Both the position numbers and the translations under genes were made by a program. The notes under the pieces are model-generated. The model did no database searches, was not told where the DNA came from, and was given only the letters and a program-made list of their open reading frames with translations. A DNA stretch of 63,985 nucleotides, filler included, from Choristocarpus tenellus KU-1152 (lineage: Eukaryota; Protista; Phaeophyceae): NCBI GenBank assembly GCA_964200185.2. It is 7 parts of 7 records of this genome, joined end to end, with 100 filler letters (N's around TTAATTAATTAA, not from the genome) between each part and the next. Parts side by side here need not be neighbours in the genome. Positions count along the whole stretch, not along the records: positions 14,504 to 19,211 come from CAXNAD020013384.1; positions 19,312 to 30,713 come from CAXNAD020002334.1; 5 more parts are not named here. One strand, given 5' to 3'. Positions 14,404 through 26,900 of the stretch are shown here, piece by piece (within the stretch, counting starts at the first letter, position 1; every line of letters starts with the position of its first letter).

Positions 14404-14503
14404 NNNNNNNNNNNNNNNNNNNNNNNNNNNNNNNNNNNNNNNNNNNNTTAATTAATTAANNNNNNNNNNNNNNNNNNNNNNNNNNNNNNNNNNNNNNNNN
14501 NNN
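14404..14503. other. Assembly spacer N44-TTAATTAATTAA-N44
   Basis: Identical 100-nt linker with stops in all six frames. Confidence 0.99.
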
Positions 14504-14615
14504 CAGTCGCTTCGATGATTGATTTCCCAGCTCACCACGATTAATCAGTCGCTTCGACGATTGATTTCCCAGCTCGCCACGATTAATTAGTTGCTTCGAC
14601 GATTGATTCCCAGCT
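14504..14615. repeat. ~42-bp tandem repeat x2.6 at contig start
   Basis: CAGTCGCTTCGAYGATTGATTTCCCAGCTCRCCACGATTAAT repeated. Confidence 0.85.
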
Positions 14616-17600
14616 AACCCTAACCCGAATTACTACAAAATCGATATTATACCATACATATTTTGTGCCGCTTTTTTAGGGCATACCCATGGGTGAACAA
14701 AATCGGGGTAGGTACTGTATGATATATATACGTGTGTGTCCATTTCTTCTATTGGAGGATAACAGCAAGTTCGGATGACGTCGTTGGCACATAATGTCTG
14801 TGTAGCATACAATCATACCACAAAATTAGTGCCTCACTTGCTCCCAACAAAGAACTACCTGAACATTTATATTCCGAAAAACTGTGTGTGGCTGGGATGT
14901 GTTTAGGATACGTTTGAAATGCTATATTAGTGTTCTACCTCATATCAAACACATATCAATACTGGTTCGACGTTTACTGACACAGGTATTTTCATGCAAG
15001 GTATGCAGGAATGAAACCTGATTGGTTGGAGACACGAGATCGAGTGCAATACGTAACGGATGCAGATCGATTTGTTGTTCGTATGTATCTTATGTTAGAT
15101 TTTGAATCAAACCATATTACATCATCCGTAATCGTATGTACCTCATATACGTATCATAGTACGACATACGGCTAGTTGGGAGGTGAATAAATAGCTGACC
15201 CCGTTCTGTACGAGAGAAAGAGGTGCACGGAAATTGAGACAGGAATCAACCCACCCGTAGCAAGCCCCTCCATCCGGACTAGCGGCTAAGCGCAAAAGGT
15301 GCCTTCTCCTCCCCTACAGGTCTCCGCTGCCCGCTTTGCAACGCGCCCACATCGCCCCACTGCAACGGACAAACTAGGAAAGGCGTCGCAATTGCTGGAC
15401 TTCAGGATGTCAAAAGCAGCAGGCAACAAGTGAGTTTGACGGCATACATGTGCGCGGTCATTCCAGATCATTCAACCGAATCGTGAATAGGAAAAGTTGC
15501 CTTCCCCGCTCTCAGCAGACACTATCGCGCATGATGAATGATTTGCCTGATCAACCTCCCTATCATAGCTCACATTCCAACACGCCGCTTCATGCGCAAT
15601 CCGGATCATTCAGCCTCGATACTTCGTATTTCTAGCCTTTAGGTTTCCTCTTCTACGCCTCTACGCACAGTTTTTTCACGCACCGATTCCTCCTCGACCT
15701 GCCGACGTTTGAAGGCTAAGACTGTATGGCTTGTCCACTATTTCCGAATTCGTTTCTATTCAAGCAAGCCCCTCACATCGGCGTTGTAACATGGGTACGG
15801 GAAAGGATGATCGTTGCATATCTGTCCTTGTCTTGTTGGAGTCACCCGTTCCACGCAGCACCGTATCGGATTTTACCATCCAATCTTTACCCCAACGCAT
15901 TAAGTGGAACATTCACAACATATTCTGTCAAACATATCGATCACTATATATACCAATCTTCCTTGGTATTTCCGTAAGATTGGCAATAGCTTTTTTCCGC
16001 ATTAGCTCTGACGATGTCGTCCCACCCTCATTATCGGAATGTCGACATACTTACTCAGAGGCATAGTCAAAACCATAATTTACCCATCCCCCAAACGCGG
16101 TAGGGTCTGTGCGCGGTGTTACCACATAACCACACACTCATACTTGTTTTCCTAACCCTACTCTATGCAACACCACCTTTACCGTTGCTACCGGCAACTA
16201 ACGCATGGTTTATTGAGCACAATAATAACCGCACATGAAATCGCCATATTCCTCGCCAGAACACACACACACCCTCCCATCATTACGCAACCTCTTCTTA
16301 TGGATCACTTCATCGCACCAACAAACCCTCCGCAAGTCTCTAAGGTCGTGGTCGTCGTTATTCCCTTTAGTTTGAGAGCATGTTCCTTTATACAACTTGT
16401 TAATGAGTCAGGCATACTACTGCAGCCCCGCCCACATGTACACTCTCACGGATACCACGCATGATAACGAAATCATGAAGTCATAATTATTTAGAATTGT
16501 TGGGATTGAAGATTATACGCATCCCTCTTATTATTATTAATGCCAGCCACCACATGTACACCACTCTCCCCCCCTCTCCTCCCTAAATCCGAAGTGGTTG
16601 TTAATATTGTCAAAGTTTATGAAAACAGCGTTTACTACATCCCTTTGTAAACGTCCATCATCGCGTTACGCATCTCTAAAAAATTTGAATGACCCCATGT
16701 CACTGGCACACACCTCAACCAACTCTACACAGTCTTGTTAGAATATCTTCACAAGATATACAGAGTTTACCAAGCGGATCATTTGGGCACATATCGTATG
16801 CTCCCTCACAAACACAGTCCCTAACATCGTTGCCCTTACTCCTATCTCACATTTTTACGTCGATGTACATAAATAGTCACCCTCCCCTGTAGCCAACTTT
16901 CATCACTACCTGAGCACTTCACTGCGCATGTTGTTTGTTTTTGTGTAGAGGAATAGAAACCCGATTCAATTTGTGTCATTTCAATGACTAACCAATTATT
17001 TGAGGTACTGCGCCCCACCCATTCCAAGATTTCAACATCATTCTATTAATAACCCTACAGAAGATGCGACCCTCCTCTGTATCCAATTCTTGCCATGTGA
17101 CGCAGCAGTTCACTGCCCCTTCCGACATTTTGTTGAAGAAGGAATACGTGATCCCCAGAGCTTTTTTCCATTCAAAATTGATATTTATTTGAAGTACTAC
17201 ATGTCACCCGTTCATAACTATCAACATCATTTTTAGGTTGACCAACAGAACAAACCACTCTCCGCTGTAGTCAATTCTGTTCACATCCCGAACCAGTTCG
17301 CTGCCCCTTTTGACATGTTTTTCAAGAAGGAATACACAAGAAACCCAGTGGGTTTTTTTCATTCATAAGTAATATTTCTATCAAGTATTGCATCCCACCC
17401 ATTCCGAATTTTGGACGTCGTTTCAGTATTCATCAACAGAAGTGACCACTCTTCTCCGTACCCAACACTCGTCTCTTCCCTCAGCTCTACGCTGCCCGTG
17501 TGAACATCTTGTCCATACAGAAATACACGATACCCTGTATATCTTCGCATTTGAAAAGTATATCATTTCTTTCGAGTTTGCACCTCACCCATCCCTCACT

Positions 17601-18370
17601 TTTGACATCTAAATATGCAACAACAATAGCCGCCCTCTATTGTTAGTCCTCGTCACCCAACACCCAAGCACTCCACCACCAATGCCTTTTTTTTTGGCGC
17701 GAGCTTTCCCTTTTCTCCAAGGAATTAAGGATCCCCACCAGCCACATGCATTACGATGCAAGTAGATCAATCAGGTTTCGCATCCCAACCATCTCTATTT
17801 CTCGGATCACGTCGATGATAAAAAAAAATTATATCCATTTTTTTTTTAATGAAGAGAGGATCAGCAGCATGTAACCACACTCATTCTAAAACAAAATTGG
17901 TATCGCGATTCACTTCTCAACTATCCCCTATTTTCACATGACGTCGAACGACGTCAATTGAGAAGTAAAAAACACCAAGCACATGCATCCGGAATTCAAC
18001 AATGTTTTCTATTTTCGCGGCTGAACGATTTATGATTTTCAGATCCTGTCCTTCAAAATTATGTCGACGAAATGCAAAACCCCTCAACCTACCACCCATC
18101 CAGTTTTCATATCCAATGCAATACACGCATTCCTTTAATGGTGCAAATCACTCTACCCCCAAGAGCCTGCTTGTTCGCAAAACACCTGTATGATCGCTTG
18201 TTTCATGTTCGTCCCTACCTCATCATCCTCAACACACATACTTCTTTCGTTTGACGCCATGTTTTCTTAAATCGTACATTACATGAAGGACTACGAGCGA
18301 ACCTGCTTCCCAAGAGACGACCAAGAAGACTGCACAAAATTGTAGCCTTCGACTAGGCATAATCAAAACC

Positions 18371-19211
18371 ATGTACCTGGTCACCACGGGATTTCTGTCC
18401 CAAGAGTACAACGCCAATTTGCTCGATGAGGGTAGAGTTGCAACTATCTTCAAAGATGTCCCAAGGGATCACTTTGAAGCAGGGGAGAAGACATGGTTAA
18501 TCCTAACTTCGCAGGCTTTGTCCATGTGCTCAAGCTGGAAGACCGCGGACGAGATAAGGGAGTACATGGTGAACTACGGGATTACAGGGGAACTCTCCAT
18601 CAATTCTCTTATCAAATACTACATCGTCGGTCGATTGGTGGAGAAGGACAAGACGGGGAAGTCGTGGAACCCTTCGGACCGCGACAACATATTCTACTCC
18701 CTGAATGGACAGCATCGACTAATGCTCCTAAGGATACTGAACAACATACAGCAGGAGCGCGCCCTACCAATGAAGATAACTTTGCCCTACTTCGTCGATA
18801 AGGGTTGGGCCACTGAAGTAATGACGCGCCTGCATGAGCGCGGCACCCACCTCATATCGCACATTTATCCACGATGTAACAAAGAGAAGGCGGAATCCAT
18901 ATCCATCGGACAAGGCGTGACATCGAGCAAGTCACACGTCCCCAACGTCGTAGACGTACTTCCGAGGATGGTGTCATGGTTGCGGGCCATGAAGAAGTTC
19001 CGGACAGAATTCGGAAGGATCAATCCCCTCCCATGCACCCTGCCGGACCTTGAAGACGACGAGGAGAACACGAGGCGCAATTCCCTAGTGAGGCTGTGTA
19101 ACCAGTACTCGCATGGGAAATTAGATTTCACGGATTGCGATGACGCCTTCAATGTTGCGGCAAAGAAGTTTGTAGCTGCGAAGATAAGACCCAAAGTATC
19201 TGGGAGGGGGG
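18371..19211 (+). CDS. Intronless ORF with ParB/Sulfiredoxin-like (DGQHR-type) motif, 3'-truncated by a MITE and the gap
   Basis: About 280 open codons with coding-like composition. Motif FYSLNGQHRLMLLRIL and upstream YNANLLDEGRVATIF resemble the two conserved segments of ParB-N/DGQHR domains. The last residues (RPKVSGRG) come from a MITE terminus at 19188. Confidence 0.55.
19188..19211. mobile_element. MITE family B terminus at contig end
   Basis: GACCCAAAGTATCTGGGAGGGGGG matches the family B TIR GGCTCAAAGTATCTGGGGGGG. Confidence 0.8.
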
Positions 19212-19311
19212 NNNNNNNNNNNNNNNNNNNNNNNNNNNNNNNNNNNNNNNNNNNNTTAATTAATTAANNNNNNNNNNNNNNNNNNNNNNNNNNNNNNNNN
19301 NNNNNNNNNNN
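19212..19311. other. Assembly spacer
   Basis: N44-TTAATTAATTAA-N44. Confidence 0.99.
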
Positions 19312-20420
19312 TGGCTGATCTGATGTGGCTTGGGCGCATCCCATCAGGGCCCAGTTCCGAGTTGCTGTTAGCCCTTATGAAGGCTTTTCGAAGGGAGGTG
19401 GGGGTGTCTCCCCTTCAGGAAGGCAGTACCTTTGTTCCCCATATCTTGCATTCCCTTGTACCCTGTCTTTTGCGTCCGTGACGGCCTGCCGAAGCTCGTC
19501 TTGGCTCTGACTCGGGTGTTTAGGGACCAATATATTGAAAGTCTCCTCCGTCCCTGGGGCTCTGGGTTGTGCTAGGAGCACGCTTGCTCCCTTGGAAATT
19601 CCTCCATGGTGGTGACCCTGAGCTGCAGCGCGTTCCTGGCGGGACTTGGGGTCCTCTCCAGGAGCCTCCCTACGTCTTCTGGTCCTCTGGGGTCGTTTTA
19701 GTAGCCATGCAACTAGCTCTTGGATGTTCCCTGAAGCCACCCGGGCAAGCCTTTCCTCCCTTGAGAACTTTCTATCATTTGCCAGTAAGAGGCCAGAGAT
19801 CATGTGGGAGAATTTGGATGCTCAGATGACCCCTATTGTTGGTGTCCCCCCTTTGATAAGTATATGCTTTTTATTCATGTGTAAAAGAAGATTTCGTAGG
19901 ATAAATAATTAGTTGTTGAATTATGTTTCAATAACAGGATAAGCGATAGGAAAGTTTCATCGTTGAGTACTCATGAGAATATTATCTGGGTTATTATAGT
20001 ACAACATAGAGAATGAGTGATGTGTTAAGTGAGTGAAGTGTTATTAGAATATGAATGGTAAGGTGACAACCCTCTTTGAGCTTCGAGGTTCACTCCTTCC
20101 TTACACCTTCCTTACTTCATGTACAACCTAAATATAACAAGGAATTAATCGAGTCATTTAACATACACAAGTCTTGGGAACACCAATCTCTTTGACGCCC
20201 TTCCAGCCTTGCTTGGGGCAGTTACCTCACTCATTTATCATCATCAGGAGATCCACTGTGTGCATGAGGGCGATTTCATTTGCGGCGCGAAGTCTGCCTG
20301 GGACCTTCTTCACCGTGGTGTTTACCCGCTCCAGGGTCTCCATCATCTGGACTTGGTCAAGGGCAGATACTACACTTAGAGTATGGGACCCCCAAGGCAG
20401 ACGTATATGTGGTGGTAGGT
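19312..20420 (-). mobile_element. Degenerate non-LTR retrotransposon (CRE/R2-like), pre-RT region
   Basis: ORF 19375-19803 (GGISKGASVLLAQPRAPGTEETFNILVPKHP) resembles the segment preceding RT in CRE-type LINEs. It continues at ~20175-20400 and is interrupted by an AT-rich block at ~19830-20170. Confidence 0.55.
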
Positions 20421-20931
20421 GACCTAGATCTTCTGTGGAGGGGGGGCGTAGTGGGAGCAGGTGGTTGTGGTGGGGTGAGATAGGCTGGAGTGGAGGAGGG
20501 GGTGAGGTGGGTTGGGGTGTGGGGGTAGTGGATGCTCCGACCTGCTGTGGAGTGATGTTGGTGGGGTGTTAGTTTTGGTGTGAGTCATTGTGCGTTGAAA
20601 AGAGGTGGGATGTAGTGGCATTTTCCGGCGAGTTAACGAGTTATTAATAGTTAGAATATCCTCCGTACAGTTGAACCAAAGTTCGGAAATAACCGAGCTT
20701 CTCAGAACACAAACTCTATCGGTATATATAGTGTACTGTACAGGATACAGCAATAACAATATATACATAAACATACAACAAACGTGATTTCCATATTTAT
20801 TTACACAAAGAACCACAGAAAAGCAGGTGAGATATAGTCCCAGCTCCAATACACATCTCTAAACACACTCTCTTGAAGTCTCTTAACAACGTGGTAAGAC
20901 CAGCACTACCACTACACGCCACTGTCAAAAG

Positions 20932-23900
20932 ATGGGTGCTTGTGTCAGTTCCCCAGCGGTTGTCTTTGTCCTTGGAGCTAGCGGGATGGTGGGAAGCGAG
21001 ACTGTGAAGAAGATGCTTTCGCACCCCTCCAAAAGCAACCTTGATGTCGTGGCGGGTGTGCGCGACCCAGCAAAGGTTGAAGGAAAGGTGAACCCAGACA
21101 AGATTGTTTTGTTTGATATTTTTCTATCATGTAGAGCCTGGGTATATGTGATGAAAAATCAAGAGAGATGGGTTGTTTTCAAATAGAGCATCCTTTCTAT
21201 ACCTACCAATCACAGTGCATAATTTTAGACCTTATCTCCCTTACAGTTCAATCTCGTGATGGGCATACTGTATGTTATACTTTTACAACGGGACCCGCAT
21301 AGAGCTTCCTCCATATCGAGTCGCTGTGCTCTTATCAGTCTCTGCTGTCCACAGGGTCAAAACAACACCCGAATATCTTCAAGCGTCTTGCAGTTACGAC
21401 GTCTAGTCGATGTGGCCTAGATGATCTAAGGACGCGCTTCCCTTACGGGCTCAAAACCTTTGTTGGAAGTTTGAAGTAGTCGTTTGTAGTTAGATGCAAT
21501 GGTGGATGGCGGCCTAATACTTGGTCAGAAGCTCAGTCGAGGTATGTTCCCCCGTGCTCGTTACAACAAGTGGAGCTGACCACAATACAATAATATTAAG
21601 CACATGGATGTATAAATCTCGAAACTACCTTACCCTCTTTAACCTTTCGTCTACTCTTTTGTCTGACAGACCTCCCCCCGCCTGTATACATGATACTCGT
21701 TCTCTCTCGGTGGTTATGACATCGACATGGGTCGAGTAGTTCCCAGGGGCAAGGGTTGTTGCGGCCACCATGGGCAGCCCGGAGCTTGCTGGTGTGCTGA
21801 AAGATGAGAATGCGGGCATCCTGGTCGTTATCACGCCAGGGGTAAGAAGAGTAGATTCATATTGATCTCTATTGATAGGGAAATTGGGAGAGAGCTTAAT
21901 AGTACGTGATGGTAGGGAAACACTATGACGGTGCCATAGAAGATGTAGTGGTTTGTATTTTTGCACTTGTTGGACCCGTACTAAAGTTTTGGTATACTGT
22001 AACGTAGGGTAGTGTGCCATAGCAAGAGCTTCACTCACATGCTGACCTTTTCTTTCAACCGTATATGATAGTGCTCCAAGTTCGAGGATGCCTTGCAGCA
22101 TTTCCACTATTGTGTAGTGGCATCCTCTCACCATACTTGTATTGATCGTACTCTGCCCTCAGTTTTACCTGATGAGTTGGAAGCAACGCCTTTTGCCCTC
22201 CCCCCCAATAATTATATTCTACTCGATCATAAGCCGCATCCTCCCTAACAATGCACCTACTGCCTTTCTAACTCCTAGTATAGATAGTGTCGTCTAGAGA
22301 GTCGCCACAAATGCAGCAGGATGGAGTTGAGTCGGTAGGTACCATTCAATATCAAGGAATTGTTGATCCGATCGAAATGCATAATACTTGTAGTCTCCTT
22401 GTTGATACTACGACTACATGAGGGATGGACAATGGAAGTAGTACCTGCACCTTTCAGGGATCGTGTGATGATTGTGTGTATTGATAGGTGATGGGTTGAA
22501 ACACGGATGGTTTATCTATCAAACTTGAACTTGAAGTGTTTTTGAAATAATTGGACAGTGTTGCATTTTGTGTTCATACTTTTTACCATATAGTCTGCAT
22601 CAAGGGTCTTACTTCGACCAATCATCCATGCTAATAAGTTCGGCAATGCACACCTCTTCTTTTCAGGTGGTTTCCACCATCAGGCGATATCTGAATTATT
22701 GCCCTTGCTTTGAGTTATGGTTTTGTGATGTTGAAGTGCTCTTTTACGATTACTACTATTGATCCCGCAATTACTCACCACAAACGTTCCATCCTACGAT
22801 CAACTAAAAGTTCGTGAGTAGAACTGTCCTAGCCTTTGTGACTCAAAGTATCTTGAGGGAGGTGGGGGCTGTCTATTCGGGGCTCATTTTTCCATATCGT
22901 GATTTTTGGATGATTTTGTTGCATGCGTCGGATGGATAGTGTAAGTGCACTCCTCTTCAGGGCCCCAATGGACACCCTGGTGTAGGCCCCCCCCCCCAGA
23001 TACGTTTTACCTTCCCTCCTCTCCAACACCTTACGTATCTACTAATTGGATAGAGATTGTTTAGGGATGGAGTGGGGTGTACCTGTAATGTGCATTGCCT
23101 CCTATTTCTTCGTTGTGTCTGTGTGCGTGAAAGAGTGAGGATCGTGCAGAGGTGGTGACAAGAACAGTGGCATCTGCCAAGGAATCGGGAGTGGTAAAGG
23201 TGAGACTTCACAGATTCGTTTGAGCTACGACAATACCTCAGGACATACTTCACATTATTTAGAGAAAAGGAAAGGTGCATGTCTCTGTGTAGTGTAATAT
23301 TTGTAGTACTCCTTCAAAGTACTAGTGTTGCGGCATTTAGATGTTTCATTTTGGTTAAACTTGCCTAGGCATGTGGTAAATGAATGTATTGTTCGATTCT
23401 CATGTACTGTTTTGGAACAGAGTATCAAGCACTTGGTGCATTTTTTTATCTGGCTCATTCACTCTAGTGAACAGTTATATATAGAGGTAGGTGAAGATAT
23501 TTTTAGTTGAGCCCAACTTGGAGGTCATGAAGGCGTTCAGTGTACTCCAGAATGTGTAACCTTGTCAGGCGTGCTTTGGCAACGACTGGTGTTGTTGAAT
23601 GACAGTAGTAGGCGCTTAGAACTGCCTGCTTGGGTGATACCGGGTCCATGCTGTTTCAATGCAAACTAAAGGTGGAAATGTTCTTTCTCCTGCGTTTTCT
23701 GTCCATTTCGAGCAACTCTGACAACCAAGGACTTCGCCTTCCCACACTAGTTGAGTACATTACCCCCACTATTTCTCTACGACTTGTCCTCAATTCCCTA
23801 GAACTCTACCCCACCTCTACACAGCACGTCGTGGTGGTCAGTGTCACCACCGCAGAAACTGGTGATGGCATCTTTGGAAAACAGTTCGTGAAGCTTGAGA

Positions 23901-26900
23901 CAAATGTCAAGGCCGAAGGCATTCCTTACACATTCATCCGTTTTCCCCTCTTCATGGAGAATTACCTTGGGCAGATTGGGGCTGTCCAAAACGCCAAATC
24001 GGTTAGTGCTCTCCCATCCCCACCCCCTGTCCCCTCAGTATCCATTGAGATAGGTAATTTTGAGACTATCTTGATTGCTTCATAGTGGCGATTGATTTGG
24101 CAAAGATCACCTCGTATTGCTTCGATTGCACAGCCTGTTGCAGATGGCGGCAAGAGACCAGCAAATATGTAGAGCAATCTGTTGGCTTTGCAGTACAGGC
24201 TCGATGTTCATGCATGTTTGACCCCTGTATTCGTGCAGAACTTGTTGCAGTACCACCTATATTCGAACCTGTGAAGAAGGGCAATAGTTAGGCAATGTAC
24301 ACATATATATATACTAAAATTAATCTTAACTTTTATTATGTGTAGTATTTGTATGTCTGACCCCTCTGGAGATGAGCCCTTTCAAAACTCTACTACTGTG
24401 ATGTTTCTTTCCTTGGGTAGAACTGTAGGTAATTATAGGCAGGACATAGTGTGTCCTTGCAACTGTTGATAAGAAATCTCACCATGTTTTTGTCGGCAGG
24501 GATGTGAGTCTCAGGTGTCCGACTTTTGTTCATGTCTGCAGATTTGTTCTGCAGCTCTTAATGGTACGTCGAAAAAGACCCCTCCCAGTAAAGCAGACAG
24601 TTTTCCCTCATGAAGTAAAGTTCAGAATATTACCTCTAACCTATAGTATACCTAAAAGATAAGACAGTGTAGGCAGAAATCTCGGTCAAGACCGCCTCAA
24701 TACCGTCTGCCTATCAGCTCTCTTTCCTCTTGCTTCTTGCAGTGAGTCAAAGGCTCAAAGTATCTGGGGGGGGGAGTGGGTGTCCATTTGGGGCCCTTTT
24801 TTCCATGTCACAATTTTTGGGTGATTTGGTTGCATACATCAGATGGATAGTGTAAGTGCACTCCTCCCAGTTTTGACCAAATGGATAACCTGGTGTAGAC
24901 CCCTCACCCCCCCCAGATACTTTGGGTCAAAGTAGATGTAGATGAAAGATGCTCAGGCTTTAACCGTTTTGCATTTTAAGCCACTTCTTTCATATTTTAC
25001 TATTCACCCTCTTTTTTTGGTTCAAGTGCAAAGATTGACTTGAGAGCATTGTTTTCTCTGTTGGCGAAATCTTTTTCGACAGAGTTCAATTATGCTCGTT
25101 ACGTCTGCTGTATCTTCAGTAATCACCCATCCTTGACAAACCTCTCACCTTTCTCTTGGGCTTCTTTCCTCTCTTATTATCATGGAAGATAGCATACTGT
25201 GTGTGAATATTGTAGATCCCTTGTCATCAGTCCTGGACATTATACTGCATTAAGCCCTCCCCATACACACTGCTAACACACGAGCATATTCACTATCCTT
25301 TTTCACCTTTAAGGTATACCTCCCACTAGCAGAGGATGCCAAGTTTTCCGAACTGGCAGTTTCTGATGCAGCAGACTGCCTGACTGCCGTTGCTTTCAAA
25401 CCGGGCAAACACTCCAGCAAAACCTACACTGTGGTAAGTGCCCCCAATTGCCCCTTCTTACACCTTGTCCGGGGCTGTCAGTTTTCGCATGGCATACACC
25501 ATCTTAGTAAATATTTTTACAACGTAGGACTCTACTACACTACTGGAACAGAGATTAGTATATATCGCTATGGAAGGCAGTGGGTATCTGTAACTGTCTT
25601 CATACTGACACATTTCCACCCTGTCAGTACAAAAATATCGGAAACAAACAACAGAACATCTTGCACTTGAATCGAAATTGTAGTATTGTGGGAAAGTGAA
25701 GGTAATGCAGAGCTCGCCGTTGTGTAATCATGGTTGAGTCAATGGCGCCACCTTCCCACCCACCCAGCCACATCCAATTTCATTTGAAAGTCCCGACAAT
25801 CGCTTGTCTAGAAAGTGCCAATTATAATTGAAAACGGTGCTCCATCCCACCCAAGAAATTGGCCCTTCAATGATGTGACATATTTTGCTTCTATCTGCAA
25901 AAATACTAGTAATAGTGGAGGAGGTATATGTAATCTTCGTTGAACACAACACACAGGCCATCATATTGTTATGGGTGTTGATGATGCCACTGTTACACAT
26001 ACAATACGACCCAAGTCTTGAATCGTGCCTTAACCCTAACTATTTCAGTTATTACCGAGGGCAGACCAGGACTCTTTCTCCTAAGTCCTCTATTTCTAGT
26101 GATGTCAAATATTTGAGGTTGAAGAAATCGTAAGATCTCTATAGAGATCGGTGCAAGTTATCCCGAGGAGTAGTAGTGATCATGGTTTCTCCCTGCACAG
26201 GAGTACCATCAATAAACCTAACAAATCCCTGGAGGCAAGTAATTATGTCACAGTACATGACGGGTACTGGAGAAAAACATTTACTTCAAGCGATTTGAGG
26301 ATATTTATCCAGGAGACCAATCAAAGTGGAGGTTCTTTGTGAGAAATTTAGACCTTTTTGTGGGCTTTGAATAGCCACAATACATCAACCACAAAATGAT
26401 GGTAGTGCCAAGCCAGTAGGGCTCCCACAACCTTTCCGCACCTCTGTCTGCACATAAACTGACAAACACAGGGATCGTCAGAAAGATGAGTACCAATGCG
26501 GTCATAGTTGAATGTACAATTCCTCGAAAAAGGATGGATCTGTTGGCCTCTAAGCGGTCACACTTTGTACCCCATAGCTTTCTTGTGGTTCCAAAGTCGG
26601 GTTGGAGTCCTCTGTTGTTGCTGGTGCAGGTGATGATGCACTGGTGGGACCAGCAGCGTTTGGACGAACATTCACGAGGTTACGTCCAGAAAGTGCAACC
26701 AACAATCCTCTTACAAATGTATAATAAAGTAATCATCTCGAGTGCTCTGTGGTTGTTTAAGGTATGATTCTCCTTTGGGAGGGGTATGTGTCAGAACGTG
26801 GTGGCACCCGCTTAACCCTCTGTACGTAAAGAATCAAAGTATCTTGTAGGGCAGAGCCGCGTCCGTTTGGGGGCCAAAATTCAATATTGCGATTTTGATG

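Noticed and set aside
14448-14459. Palindromic TTAATTAATTAA recurring six times
   Set aside because: Artificial six-frame-stop linker between N runs.
19837-20163. TGTT..AACA-bounded AT-rich block as a solo LTR
   Set aside because: No matching target-site duplication and no second copy in the window.
21405-21460. tRNA-like 5' stretch GTCGATGTGGCCTAGATG..TAAGG
   Set aside because: No T-loop/B-box or acceptor-stem pairing; at most a SINE relic.
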